64,000 bases of DNA, taken from contig QCUR01000001.1 in assembly GCA_003208875.1 (NCBI GenBank), forward strand, positions 64,001 through 128,000, given 5' to 3'. How positions within the stretch are numbered: position 1 is the stretch's first letter; each line of letters begins with the position of its first letter. Below the pieces are notes generated by a model. That model did not search any database. It was not told the origin of the DNA and was given only the letters and a program-made list of their open reading frames with translations. The DNA is from Prochlorococcus sp. AG-679-M23. GTDB lineage: Bacteria > Cyanobacteriota > Cyanobacteriia > PCC-6307 > Cyanobiaceae. This document shows, piece by piece, positions 38,833 to 49,483 of the stretch. A program made the position numbers and the translations under genes.

Positions 38833-40237
38833 AATTAAGTATTTCTTTTGTTTTAGATAAACCTATTAGATTACTAATAATATCATTTGTATCATCAAGA
38901 ACGTGAATATTAGTTTTCAGTTTATTTGAAACTTCAGTTATATTTTTGTCATCCAAAAACAAATCACTGTTAAGCTTTAACATTATTGATGGTATAAATA
39001 TACTTTCTCCTAGATCCTTATGTTGTAGTCCAGTAATTAGATCTTCACCAGTTAAAAGCCCTGTTACAACTTGATCTTGCCCCCAGTAAACACTTGGCAA
39101 GCCATATAGATTAATTTTGAGGCCATCAATTTTATTAAGTTTTTTCACTGTTGGAAGCAGTGCTTCGTAAACTAATTTCCCAACAATCCAACTGACTTTT
39201 CTTTGTTTATCAATTTTTTCAGGAAGAGATTTTGTTTTAGTTTCCAATGTTTTAAGAAAACTTCGTATTGAACCAACTCCATTAGATTCTTGGGGCATAT
39301 TTTCATATGTTTTATAGCTTGGTAATTTGAGACCAGCTATTAAGTACCATTCGTCGGCAAGCCAACAAAAGCGAGTTCCAATACTTTTTTGTAGAGAGGT
39401 TTGTATTTTTTCCACTTGTTGAATAATTTTTCTTGCATATTCTTTGCTTATCGCTATTAAGCCATCGTTTTCAGGCCTAAACTTTGTTAGACCTACTGGA
39501 ACTATGGCTGTTGATAGTACCGTTTTAAAACTTTTTTTATAAAATTTCGCAAGATCGTAAATAGATTTTTCTAAGATTTTACCATCATTAATTTCGGGAC
39601 ATACAACTATTTGCGCGTGTATCTGGATTGAATTTTGTTCTAACCATTCAATTTGATCAAGAATTTGACTTGCTTTTTTATTTTTTAATAATTGTTCTCG
39701 GGTCTTTGGGTCAGTGGCATGTATTGAAATAAAAAGCGGTGATAGTTTTTGAGTCGATATTCTATTCCAATCATCTTTATTTAAATTGGTTAGCGTTAGA
39801 TATGAACCATATAGAAAACTTAATCTATAGTCATCATCTTTTACGTAAAGACTTTTTCTTTTGCCATTTGGTTGTTGATCTATAAAGCAAAAAGGACACT
39901 TATTGTTACATTGTTTGATTGAGTCAAATAATGCATCTTTGAAATTAATTCCTAAATTTTCGTCTTGATCTTTTTCAATACTAATGTTGTGAATCTTCTT
40001 GTTTTTATCCAATACCGATATATCTAAAATTTCTTCACTAATTAGAATCTGATAATCAATTAAGTCTCTAGGTTTCTTACCATTAATACTAATAATTGAA
40101 TCACCTGATTCAAAGCCTATTTCTTCAGCAATAGAATTACTTTCGATACTTTCAATTTCTGCTGGATTAATTTGGTAGTTAATATTCGGAATCAAAAGAT
40201 CATTAGAATCCTCTTTATAATTAATTTCTTTCCACAC
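38825..40237 (-). CDS. PDZ + radical SAM Fe-S protein (TIGR03279/DUF512 type)
   Basis: CNNKCPFC, KDDDYRLSFLYGSYLTLTN. Confidence 0.9.
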   Translation of the reverse strand: MWKEINYKEDSNDLLIPNINYQINPAEIESIESNSIAEEIGFESGDSIISINGKKPRDLIDYQILISEEILDISVLDKNKKIHNISIEKDQDENLGINFKDALFDSIKQCNNKCPFCFIDQQPNGKRKSLYVKDDDYRLSFLYGSYLTLTNLNKDDWNRISTQKLSPLFISIHATDPKTREQLLKNKKASQILDQIEWLEQNSIQIHAQIVVCPEINDGKILEKSIYDLAKFYKKSFKTVLSTAIVPVGLTKFRPENDGLIAISKEYARKIIQQVEKIQTSLQKSIGTRFCWLADEWYLIAGLKLPSYKTYENMPQESNGVGSIRSFLKTLETKTKSLPEKIDKQRKVSWIVGKLVYEALLPTVKKLNKIDGLKINLYGLPSVYWGQDQVVTGLLTGEDLITGLQHKDLGESIFIPSIMLKLNSDLFLDDKNITEVSNKLKTNIHVLDDTNDIISNLIGLSKTKEILNYA

Positions 40238-40423
40238 AATTAAAGACCAATCTTTTATCTTTATATTTATTGTAAACTCATATAAGACTCGAAGTATATT
40301 AAATACTCTTAAAATATTAAATATGGTTAATTTATTTCAACTATTAAATTAATAAAATATGTCATCTGCATTTTTATTAAACTAGACCTAAATTAATTCA
40401 AAAATTTTAAAAGCCTTAATGCA

Positions 40424-41191
40424 TTGGAAGAATTAATTACTAAAAATTTAGAAGTGAATGATAATTTGAAACCTAGATTTCATAGTGGATTCGATATTGT
40501 TAAAAGTACTTTTTTATCTAGACCAATTGCTTTAAGACTATGGTCATCTTTTTTTGTAATTTTGCCAATTTTTGTACAGGCACCATGGGTTAGATTTGCT
40601 CCTATTAGTGCTCTTTGCGCTACTTTTTTTATACTTGCTGCGGCTTTTTTATTGTCTAGAAAGGAGGGAGATAAATGGTTTATTGTAGGATCGTTATTAT
40701 TAGGAGTCTCGGGAAGTTGGCTTGGAGGTTGTTTATTTTGGGGCTGGTTAAGTGCTTATCCTATTCTCCATATCCCAGTTGAAGCAGTGGCATTGCCTCT
40801 TGCAATTGTCGGATTGGGAACAAAATGGAAAATAGGTTCAAGTTTTTATATCTCGTCTTTATTTGGAACGGCTATTACAGATTTGACAATATTTTTGACA
40901 GGAATAATGGATCAATGGAAGGAGGTTATTATTGCGGATTCTGATAATGCTCCATTAATACTTCAGAAAACTTCCGAAAATCTTATTCAGTTTAAATCTT
41001 TGTCTATTATTATTGTGGCGGCATTAATACTCTGGTTAATATCAAAAGAAATTTTTAATTATGCTATATCTAATTCGATAAATGGGAAGGCTTTTTTAGT
41101 ATCAAGTTATGTAATTCAAACTACCTTAATTGTTGATGGTATTTTTGTTGTGTTAGCAATTATTCAGCCAAAACTAAGTGGTTTGGTTTAA
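40424..41191 (+). CDS. DUF3120 family membrane protein
   Basis: PIFVQAPWVR, GSWLGGCLFWGW, HIPVEA. Confidence 0.8.
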   Translation: MEELITKNLEVNDNLKPRFHSGFDIVKSTFLSRPIALRLWSSFFVILPIFVQAPWVRFAPISALCATFFILAAAFLLSRKEGDKWFIVGSLLLGVSGSWLGGCLFWGWLSAYPILHIPVEAVALPLAIVGLGTKWKIGSSFYISSLFGTAITDLTIFLTGIMDQWKEVIIADSDNAPLILQKTSENLIQFKSLSIIIVAALILWLISKEIFNYAISNSINGKAFLVSSYVIQTTLIVDGIFVVLAIIQPKLSGLV

Positions 41192-42858
41192 TGTTAAGAC
41201 CGCCATTTTCGCAAGAATCAATATCTATTGATAAGTGGGATGTGATTGTCATTGGTGCAGGAGCAGCTGGTTTAATGACTTGTTTGGAATTGCCAGAAAA
41301 TTTAAATGTCCTTCTTTTAAATAGGAATACAAGTAAAAGATCATCTAGCAGATGGGCCCAAGGAGGGATTGCATCAGTAGTTAGACCTGAAGATTCTTTT
41401 GCTCTTCATGTTGAAGATACCCTAAAAGCTGGAGATGACTTGTGTGACTTATCTGCTGTTGAAATGCTTGTGAAAGAGGCTCCTGGTTGCGTAAATAGGT
41501 TACAAAATTTAGGTATGATTTTTGATCAGAGCTCAGATCAATTATCAACAACTTTAGAAGCTGCTCATTCTTGTAGAAGAGTTTTGCATGTTAAAGATAG
41601 AACAGGTAGAGCACTTGTAGAAGTCTTAGAGGATCATATCGAAAACAAGGAGAATATTTTGCATTGTAGAGGTGTGAGAGTAACAGAATTGCTTATTGAA
41701 AATGAAGTATGTAGGGGAGTTCAGGTATTAGATGGATCTAATTTATATTGGATTACTTCTAAAGCTGTTGTTTTAGCCACCGGCGGAGGGGGACACTTAT
41801 TTACTAATACTACAAATCCTGCCCAATCTGCTGGGGAAGGAATTGCTCTTTCATGGAAAGCTGGAGCTGTAATAGAGGATTTAGAATTTATTCAATTTCA
41901 TCCTACAGCATTAAAGTTTTATGGTTCTCCCTGCTTTCTAATCTCTGAAGCCCTTCGAGGCGAGGGAGCAGTTCTCGTTGATAAGAATGGTGAGAGCCCA
42001 GTAATGCATTTGGAAAATGGCGATCTAGCTACAAGAGATCAAGTTAGTAGAGCAATTATGAATAATATGCAAGAAAACGATGTTGATCATGTTGGTCTGG
42101 ATTTAAGATTTATTGATCCAGAAAAAATTGTAGAAAGATTTCCTACGATTATAAGTAGATGTCAAGATTATGGAGTTAATCCTTTAAATGAGGTGATTCC
42201 TGTTGCGCCAGCAGCTCACTATTGGATGGGAGGTGTTCATACCGATTTAAATGCATCTTCTACAATGAAAGGATTATATGCCGTGGGAGAAGTAGCCTCT
42301 ACAGGAGTGCATGGTGCAAATAGACTAGCTAGTAATTCGCTTATGGAATGCCTTGTATTTGCAAGAAAAATGTCTTCTATCGAGTTGAATGCTCCTTATA
42401 ACTTAAGAGGATTAGATAGATATACTAAGGAAATTTTTATGGATAATCCAAAGGAAGATTTTATCTTAGGTGTTTCAGATAAAATTGATTGTTTGAGAAA
42501 ATTATGCTGGTCTAATTTAGGTGTCTCCCGTAATAAAAAAAATATGACTGAACTTTTAAAAACTCTTCAATATGAGATAGATCAACTACAAAAAAATCCC
42601 TTACTTGAATGTCTTAATAAAATAGAAATTGATCAAAAATTGAAACTAAGTGAGCCAAATAGGAGAGGACTTAATTTATTGCTTGATTTGCATAATAGAC
42701 AAATTACAACATTGCTATTGTTAAAAGCTTGTCTTTTTCGAGAGGAAAGTAGAGGAGGGCATTATAGGGATGATTTCCCAATTAAAGAAACATCTTGGAA
42801 ATGCCATACTAGGCAGCAACTAAATCACGAAATAATTAAAAGGTTTATTAAAAATTAG
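41191..42858 (+). CDS. nadB: L-aspartate oxidase
   Basis: GAGAAG, WAQGGIA, QFHPT, LISEALRGEG, HGANRLASNSL. Confidence 0.96.
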   Translation: MLRPPFSQESISIDKWDVIVIGAGAAGLMTCLELPENLNVLLLNRNTSKRSSSRWAQGGIASVVRPEDSFALHVEDTLKAGDDLCDLSAVEMLVKEAPGCVNRLQNLGMIFDQSSDQLSTTLEAAHSCRRVLHVKDRTGRALVEVLEDHIENKENILHCRGVRVTELLIENEVCRGVQVLDGSNLYWITSKAVVLATGGGGHLFTNTTNPAQSAGEGIALSWKAGAVIEDLEFIQFHPTALKFYGSPCFLISEALRGEGAVLVDKNGESPVMHLENGDLATRDQVSRAIMNNMQENDVDHVGLDLRFIDPEKIVERFPTIISRCQDYGVNPLNEVIPVAPAAHYWMGGVHTDLNASSTMKGLYAVGEVASTGVHGANRLASNSLMECLVFARKMSSIELNAPYNLRGLDRYTKEIFMDNPKEDFILGVSDKIDCLRKLCWSNLGVSRNKKNMTELLKTLQYEIDQLQKNPLLECLNKIEIDQKLKLSEPNRRGLNLLLDLHNRQITTLLLLKACLFREESRGGHYRDDFPIKETSWKCHTRQQLNHEIIKRFIKN

Positions 42859-43783
42859 AATCGCCCTCATATTCAGTCATTATTGCTAAATCATTTAAAT
42901 CTTTGACTCCACTATATATTTCACCATTAATCTCCCATGATGGAAAGCCTTCAATCTGTTTTTCTCTGCAAAGTTTATATTGATTATCTTTACCGTCTTG
43001 TGCGCATTCTATAATCGATAACTCTTTAACTGCTTTTTTGCCAAATAGTTGTTTTTGATCATGGCAATGTGGGCACCAGTATGCGCTAAACATTTTAATA
43101 TTATTATCACTTAAATATTTAGCAAACTTAATTTTCTGGGGTGAGCTAGTTGTAGTGATTGCAGGAGATACTTTTTCTATACTTTTAGAAATATCAATTG
43201 CATTAGAAGGGTCAACACTATTTGACCATATCAATCCCCCAATAAGAACTGTTAAAACAACAATAAATCCTCTGTAAAACATAGGCTCTCTACTTTCAAA
43301 CTTTGCACCAATCATAGAGATAATAAAGATCGAAATAGATAAAATTGCCGAAAGAATACAAAAAAAACAATAAGCCTTGATTTTAAAGAACATAATATTT
43401 AGCAAAAGGATGCTAAACACAGAAGAAGCACAAGAGATTAAAAATATTGCCCACCATATAATCTTATTTAATTTTTCTTTAGGAGAAACTAAATTCAGTG
43501 ATAAAAATATTGAAAATCCTAGTATTGAACCATAAGTAATAACTCCTGCTAATGAGAGAGGAATATTGTATTGACTATTCTCGAATAATGTACCCCAAGG
43601 GCTATTTAAAACTGTTTCGCAACCATTTTTGATTCCAGGACATGAAAGAGAGTTAAATAATCCCCAATTTTTCAAGGTAATAGAGCCTGTATCAACTAAG
43701 CCAATGGTGCTCAGAATAGCAATTATAATTTTTGGCCATTTCAGATCTTTTTTATTTTTACTTTTTAAAGTCTTAAGAACCAT
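42848..43783 (-). CDS. Vitamin K epoxide reductase-thioredoxin fusion (thylakoid DsbAB/LTO1-like)
   Basis: C..C pair, CFFC in TM part, C-terminal WCPHC thioredoxin domain. Confidence 0.92.
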   Translation of the reverse strand: MVLKTLKSKNKKDLKWPKIIIAILSTIGLVDTGSITLKNWGLFNSLSCPGIKNGCETVLNSPWGTLFENSQYNIPLSLAGVITYGSILGFSIFLSLNLVSPKEKLNKIIWWAIFLISCASSVFSILLLNIMFFKIKAYCFFCILSAILSISIFIISMIGAKFESREPMFYRGFIVVLTVLIGGLIWSNSVDPSNAIDISKSIEKVSPAITTTSSPQKIKFAKYLSDNNIKMFSAYWCPHCHDQKQLFGKKAVKELSIIECAQDGKDNQYKLCREKQIEGFPSWEINGEIYSGVKDLNDLAIMTEYEGDSNF

Positions 43784-43888
43784 AAGTCTGTTATCTTTGT
43801 TATTTGCAGAATCTATCCTAATATTATCTTTGAACGAGACTTATAAACAGTTTCTTTGTTAATTATTTCTTATATTTATCTAAATTAC

Positions 43889-45253
43889 GTGAAGCAAAAT
43901 AATCAAAAGGTAAAGGATAAAAAAATTTCAAAGGTTGCTTTTAGTCACGTTGGCTGTGAGAAAAATCTTGTTGATACTGAACATATGCAAGGGTTATTAG
44001 ATAAGGAGGGATATGAAGTAGGAAATGATATAGGAGATGCGAATGTGGTTGTAGTCAATACTTGTAGTTTTATAGAAACAGCTAGAGAAGAATCTATCAG
44101 GAAAATAATTGAATTTACTGATCAAGGTAAAGATGTAATAGTTGCTGGTTGTATGGCCCAGCATTTCAAAGAAGAACTTTTAGATGAAATACCTGAAATA
44201 AAAGCTTTAGTAGGAACTGGTGATTATCAAAAAATAGCTAAGGTTATCAATCGAGTAGAGAAAGGGGAAATTGTTAATGAAGTTTCAAAAATACCTGAAT
44301 TTATTGCAGATGAAAAAATTCCACGCTTTGTAGATAAAAATAAATATGTTGCTTATCTTCGTATCGCTGAAGGGTGCGATTATAAGTGTGCATTTTGTAT
44401 TATTCCTAAGTTAAGAGGGCCTCAACGCAGTAGAGATATAGAATCTATAGTTTCAGAAGCAAAAAATCTCGCAGCTCAAGGGATTCAAGAAATAATACTA
44501 ATTAGTCAAATTACAACAAATTATGGTCAAGATATTTATGGTAAACCTTCTTTAGCAAGACTATTGAAAGAACTGTCTAAAGTTTCAGTTCCTTGGATAC
44601 GAATTCATTATGCATATCCAACTGGTTTAACTGATGAAGTTATTAAAGCTTTTAAAGATTCAAATAATATTGTTCCCTATTTTGATTTACCTTTGCAACA
44701 CAGTCATCCAGATGTTCTAAAGAGTATGAATAGACCTTGGCAGGCTTCTTTAAATGAATCAATATTGAGTCAAATAAGGGAGCAAATACCATCTGCTGTA
44801 TTAAGAACAAGCTTAATTGTTGGTTTTCCAGGAGAAAATCAAAAACATTTTCAACATCTTTTAGATTTTTTGCATAGGCATGAGTTTGATCATGTTGGCG
44901 TTTTTATTTTTTCTCCGGAGGAAGGAACAAGTGCTTTCGATTTGCCAAATAGGGTACCTTCAGAAGTAGCTGATGCGAGAAAAGATAATATAATATCCAT
45001 TCAACAAAATATTTCTAAGAAAAAAAATCAGTTATATGTGGGTACTACGCTTAAAGTATTAGTAGAAAATATAGCTGAAAATAAAAAATTGATAGGACGT
45101 TCCTTTAACTTCGCTCCTGAAATAGATGGCAATGTTATCTTATCTATTAAAAATAATGAAGATAAAAAAAATTATATCGGTAAATTTGTTGAAGCAAATA
45201 TTTGTTTTGCGGATGAATATGATTTATATGGAGAGGTTATAAAAACTTTATAA
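43889..45253 (+). CDS. rimO: Ribosomal protein S12 methylthiotransferase
   Basis: [35 protein letters not shown]; start placed at GTG 43889. Confidence 0.95.
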   Translation: MKQNNQKVKDKKISKVAFSHVGCEKNLVDTEHMQGLLDKEGYEVGNDIGDANVVVVNTCSFIETAREESIRKIIEFTDQGKDVIVAGCMAQHFKEELLDEIPEIKALVGTGDYQKIAKVINRVEKGEIVNEVSKIPEFIADEKIPRFVDKNKYVAYLRIAEGCDYKCAFCIIPKLRGPQRSRDIESIVSEAKNLAAQGIQEIILISQITTNYGQDIYGKPSLARLLKELSKVSVPWIRIHYAYPTGLTDEVIKAFKDSNNIVPYFDLPLQHSHPDVLKSMNRPWQASLNESILSQIREQIPSAVLRTSLIVGFPGENQKHFQHLLDFLHRHEFDHVGVFIFSPEEGTSAFDLPNRVPSEVADARKDNIISIQQNISKKKNQLYVGTTLKVLVENIAENKKLIGRSFNFAPEIDGNVILSIKNNEDKKNYIGKFVEANICFADEYDLYGEVIKTL

Positions 45254-45259
45254 ATTTTT

Positions 45260-45352
45260 TTAAATTAATTTAACTGCTCTTAAAAGTTTATCTAATAAGA
45301 AAGCGGCTCCAAAACCAAAACCTAGAAATGCAAAATAGAAAATGATGTTCAT
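45260..45352 (-). CDS. petL: Cytochrome b6f complex subunit PetL, missed by ORF track
   Basis: Hand translation MNIIFYFAFLGFGFGAAFLLDKLLRAVKLI; LRAVKLI C-terminus is characteristic. Confidence 0.85.
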   Translation of the reverse strand: MNIIFYFAFLGFGFGAAFLLDKLLRAVKLI

Positions 45353-45417
45353 TTATCTTTTATATTTTTATTTAATTTAGCACCTCATTAAGAATTAGAA
45401 TTCTTTCGTTTAATTTC

Positions 45418-45804
45418 TTAATCTTGAATGTAGGGTAATTTTTTGTATAAGCATTCTTCTGCTTTTTGTAACTCTCGTCCTAAATATAAGGCATGATCAA
45501 ATCTAGATATTAGATCATTACGCTTTTCTGTTATTGCTATTCCAATCTCTTTAGCGCTAATTCCTGTGAAGGTCTCATTACAAGTTTTGATTTCTTTTGA
45601 GTCACATTTAATAGGCTCATTAGTTTTTGGATCTATTGCATATCCTTCTTTATTAATAGTATTTAAATAATGTTCTAAGATGATTTGTTTTGTCTCCAAA
45701 TCTATCTTTATAATAAAATATCCATTTGGGTCTAGCTCAATATATCTATTAGATAAATCATTATCTATATCTATTTTTTTTTCAAATATTTTAATAAAAT
45801 CCAT
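45418..45804 (-). CDS. DUF4346 domain protein
   Basis: LDPNGYFII, DHALYLGRELQKAE, YIQD. Confidence 0.85.
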   Translation of the reverse strand: MDFIKIFEKKIDIDNDLSNRYIELDPNGYFIIKIDLETKQIILEHYLNTINKEGYAIDPKTNEPIKCDSKEIKTCNETFTGISAKEIGIAITEKRNDLISRFDHALYLGRELQKAEECLYKKLPYIQD

Positions 45805-45868
45805 CTTCAAATTTTTAATAAAATTATATTATTAATATAAACAATTATCAGATCAAATAATTTCTATT

Positions 45869-47023
45869 TTATTTAAAAGGAATAGAATTATTTTCTAACT
45901 CAATTTCTTTCAAAGTTTGAAAATTAACTTCATTTAACCAAGGGGTAATTATATTTTTCATATTTTTGTTAAACCATTTGTGAAAACTTTTAGCACCTTT
46001 TGCATAAAACCCTCTTCTTCTTTTATGTTTACCTCCTGCTCCAGGATCAAAACTTTCAATGTTATTTTTTATTGCCCACTCAATAGGCTGGTAATAGCAT
46101 AATTCAAAATGTAAGTTAAGTACTTCTTCTTGACTACCCCAATATCTACCCCATATATATTTTTCATTTTTTATACACATTGACATTGCAATCGTACTTT
46201 CAGGATCATTTCTTGATGCACTAAAAAACAATAGATTTCTTTTATTTTCAAGAATGTTTTCAAAAAATTCAGAGGTAAGATATTTGCTACCCCATACTCC
46301 CCATCTCAAACAATGCTGCTCGTAGAAATTATGCATTTTTTGAAGCATTTCTAGATTTATATTCTCCTCTGTATGAATTTTGATCTCGAGGTTTTGTTTT
46401 GTAATTGATTTTCTTTCTTTTTTAATGTTTTTTCTTTGATTAGAATTGAATCTGGATAAAAAATCATCAAATGTCTTTTCCCCATTATTCTTCCATTCAC
46501 TACTTGTATTTATCCATTCCTGATATCCTAAGGATTGGAGATGTTTTCCCCAATCTTCTTTTACATATAAGAAATTGCAACTCAAGATATTATTTTTCAA
46601 AGCAAAGTCATCAATATGTTTTATTAATGAATTTGTAATCTCAATTTTATTTCTATTTTCTTTATATAAAAATTCATATCCATTAATAGGGCTGTAAGGG
46701 CTCATCCCAATGAGCTTAGGATAATAATTTAAATTTAAATCTTGAGCTAATTTTGCAAAGGATTGATCAAAAATAAATTCTCCATAACTATGATTTTTAA
46801 GAAAAAGTGGAGCTATTCCGCATATTTCTTCATTTTCATAAGCAACAAAATATAAAGGTTGCCATCCAGTTTGTCTTGAGACACTTTTCGATAATTCAAG
46901 GTTATAGAGCCAGTCCCATTCGTAAAATGGATTGTTGATTTCTTTTCTTAATTCATTCCATGTTTCTTTATTTATTTCTTGAATTGATAGTTTAATTTCA
47001 ATTTTGTGCTTAATATGATTCAT
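45869..47023 (-). CDS. GNAT family N-acetyltransferase (FemAB-like/DUF482)
   Basis: HSYGEFIFD, GRYWG, LHFELCYYQPIE, GAGGKHK. Confidence 0.88.
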   Translation of the reverse strand: MNHIKHKIEIKLSIQEINKETWNELRKEINNPFYEWDWLYNLELSKSVSRQTGWQPLYFVAYENEEICGIAPLFLKNHSYGEFIFDQSFAKLAQDLNLNYYPKLIGMSPYSPINGYEFLYKENRNKIEITNSLIKHIDDFALKNNILSCNFLYVKEDWGKHLQSLGYQEWINTSSEWKNNGEKTFDDFLSRFNSNQRKNIKKERKSITKQNLEIKIHTEENINLEMLQKMHNFYEQHCLRWGVWGSKYLTSEFFENILENKRNLLFFSASRNDPESTIAMSMCIKNEKYIWGRYWGSQEEVLNLHFELCYYQPIEWAIKNNIESFDPGAGGKHKRRRGFYAKGAKSFHKWFNKNMKNIITPWLNEVNFQTLKEIELENNSIPFK

Positions 47024-47035
47024 ATTTTTTTTACT

Positions 47036-47698
47036 TTAATCATCTTTAGTTTTTCTTGTGTAATGAATATATATTTCATTTCTCTCTAATTCTTGAATCG
47101 ATTTTATATTCCAAAATTGCTTTAAATTAAAAATTTTATTTGTTTGTTCAGCAGGTATCCATGTAAATTTCCCTCCAATAATTCTTGGGGCTATTGTAAT
47201 TTTGATTTCATCAATCAAATCTTCTTTTATAAAAGAATTTATAAGATTTGCCCCACCAAGAAGTGCTAGACGATTGATTCCAGCTTTTTTAATACTTAAC
47301 AAGGTTTTACTCCAGGAATTTTTGTAGAAAATTTCTTTATCAAAATCTTTAGTCTCTATTGCATCTTTTTTATTAGAGCTGATTAACCATCTTTTAATTG
47401 GTTGATTGAAATAATTCCAATCTTTTTTAAATTTTTTGCTGTTGGAGGCCACTATAGAAATAGGCTGATTTTTTGAAATTTTTATTTCGCCATTTTTACA
47501 ATGATTTTTTACTAAATATGTACTTTGATGAGCTTTTAGAGTTCCCAATCCAAAAATGGTAGCGTCAACTATTGATAAGTTTTCATCTAACATTCTCCTA
47601 TCTTCCTTACTTCCAAGATGAGATTCACCTCCACTTGGGAAGGCAATCCTTCCATCTAAACTAGAAGCGATAATCATCGCTATGCTTGGAGTATTCAA
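47036..47698 (-). CDS. RibD C-terminal-like (DHFR-fold) reductase
   Basis: ASSLDGRIA, GLGTL, LLGGANL, LIDEIKITIAPRIIGG; no deaminase domain. Confidence 0.85.
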   Translation of the reverse strand: MNTPSIAMIIASSLDGRIAFPSGGESHLGSKEDRRMLDENLSIVDATIFGLGTLKAHQSTYLVKNHCKNGEIKISKNQPISIVASNSKKFKKDWNYFNQPIKRWLISSNKKDAIETKDFDKEIFYKNSWSKTLLSIKKAGINRLALLGGANLINSFIKEDLIDEIKITIAPRIIGGKFTWIPAEQTNKIFNLKQFWNIKSIQELERNEIYIHYTRKTKDD

Positions 47699-48621
47699 GC
47701 TTGAGCAACTAAAGAGTTAGTAAGATTTCTTTGCAAAGAATTTGGTACACTTTGTTCAACATAAATTTCTGCAGCATTATTTGGGCTCTCTTGAAGTTTT
47801 ATCTTGTGCAGATTTGCTCCAATTTTTTTAATCGGAGATGAGAGAATATCAGCAATGTGTAGTGCAATATTTTCACATGTTGGGACGCAAGTTTTAAAAT
47901 ATTCGATATCTTTGTTTAAGAAAGTATGATCAAAAGGTTCAACTATAAGATCATCAATAATTGCTTGTAATGAAGGTAAATCACATATCATCCCAGTTCT
48001 TGGATCAATTTTTCCTCGGACAGTTACATCGAGAAAATAATTATGTCCATGTCCATTTATTCTGGCACATTTCCCATAAATCTTCTTGTTTTCATCAAGA
48101 GAAATCTCATCTTTTGCTAATCGGTGAGCAGCATTAAAATGACTTTGAATTGTTAATAAAGCTTCCATGTTTTTTCCGTAGTAATCTGCCCATAAAGTTG
48201 GGCTTTCATAAAGTCTTAAACTTGTAAGAGGTAGTTCATCTTTTAAACGATTCCAGATAACTTTAACTAAAGCCTCAGTCGTTGGAAGAATGCCTTCTTG
48301 ACTATGAATATTAAATTCAGGCCATACGTCATTTAAAAAACGAAAATCTAATTGTCCAGTGACCTTATTCTTAATAGAATGTTTTACATCAGAAAGATTA
48401 AGGACCATTCCATCCGAGTCAAGTTTGCCCCCCATTGATACGATAAGTTCGTAATTATGGCCATGTCCTGGAGCTATACTACATTTCCCAAAAAGTGAGA
48501 AATTATCTTCTGAGCTTTTTTCAGGAAGCCAATAACGATGACTCGAACTAAAACAGGCACGTCGAGTTATGACGCATTCACGTCCCTGGCCATGTAATGG
48601 TTTGGTATGTGTAAAAGTCAT
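47695..48621 (-). CDS. Dual-domain 6-pyruvoyl-tetrahydropterin synthase (PTPS/QueD family)
   Basis: Two tandem domains: CSIAPGHGHNY...PTTE...LYES and CARINGHGHNY...PTCE...LQES. Confidence 0.92.
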   Translation of the reverse strand: MTFTHTKPLHGQGRECVITRRACFSSSHRYWLPEKSSEDNFSLFGKCSIAPGHGHNYELIVSMGGKLDSDGMVLNLSDVKHSIKNKVTGQLDFRFLNDVWPEFNIHSQEGILPTTEALVKVIWNRLKDELPLTSLRLYESPTLWADYYGKNMEALLTIQSHFNAAHRLAKDEISLDENKKIYGKCARINGHGHNYFLDVTVRGKIDPRTGMICDLPSLQAIIDDLIVEPFDHTFLNKDIEYFKTCVPTCENIALHIADILSSPIKKIGANLHKIKLQESPNNAAEIYVEQSVPNSLQRNLTNSLVAQA

Positions 48622-48671
48622 AAATGTCTGTAATAATACTATCTTAAGGTTTTATATACTCTTTTGTCTGT

Positions 48672-49229
48672 ATGGAAAAATCTATTATTGAGAAAACAAA
48701 CAAAATAATTAAAGGAAGAAGTATATATTTGATAGGTATGATGGCTAGTGGTAAATCTAAAACTGGTCCAGTATTAGCCGAGTTATTGAGGTATAAGTAT
48801 ATTGACCTGGATAAATTAATAGAGAATATAGCAAAAAAAACAATTAATGAAATGTTCCAGGAAGATGGAGAAAAAGCATTCCGAGAACTAGAAACAAATT
48901 GCTTAAAAGAAACAATTAAAATCCCTTCTTTAATCGTTTCTACTGGTGGAGGAATTATTTCTAAACCAGAAAACTGGGGTGTTTTAAGGCAAGGAATTAT
49001 TATTTGGATTGATACAAAGCAAGAGATTGCTCTTGAGAGGTTGAAAAAAGATATTGACAATAGACCTCTTTTACAGGGAAAAGATTTAAGTGATTTATAT
49101 AACCAAATTTTTCAATCTAGAAAAAAATTATATTCTCAGGCTGACTTAAGAGTTGAGGTTAATAAAGAAGATGTTGATGAAGTTGCAAAACAAATAGTTT
49201 ATGGAATTTACAAAAAAATTATAAATTAA
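48672..49229 (+). CDS. aroK: Shikimate kinase
   Basis: GMMASGKS, GEKAFRELE, STGGG, RPLL. Confidence 0.95.
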   Translation: MEKSIIEKTNKIIKGRSIYLIGMMASGKSKTGPVLAELLRYKYIDLDKLIENIAKKTINEMFQEDGEKAFRELETNCLKETIKIPSLIVSTGGGIISKPENWGVLRQGIIIWIDTKQEIALERLKKDIDNRPLLQGKDLSDLYNQIFQSRKKLYSQADLRVEVNKEDVDEVAKQIVYGIYKKIIN

Positions 49230-49483
49230 TCAGGTTCTACTCTCACAGCAAACCATTTAATAACGAATCCAAATTTTATTTCTAATTCATAAGTACTTTC
49301 TAACAATTCTTCGAGAAATTCCTCATTGGAATAATCTTTTTTTTGATATATAGTTGATGAATCAACCTTATGAAGCCAATTTTTTAACCATAATATTGCT
49401 TCTTTTTTAGTTACTATTTTTTCTTTTGAATCTGGCTCTAACAATACAAAATGGTCTTCAGATCTTATTAATGGATTAGACAT
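49226..49483 (-). CDS. Chlororespiratory reduction protein 7 (CRR7)-like
   Basis: PLIRSEDHFVLLEP, C-terminal WFAVRVE. Confidence 0.8.
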   Translation of the reverse strand: MSNPLIRSEDHFVLLEPDSKEKIVTKKEAILWLKNWLHKVDSSTIYQKKDYSNEEFLEELLESTYELEIKFGFVIKWFAVRVEPD

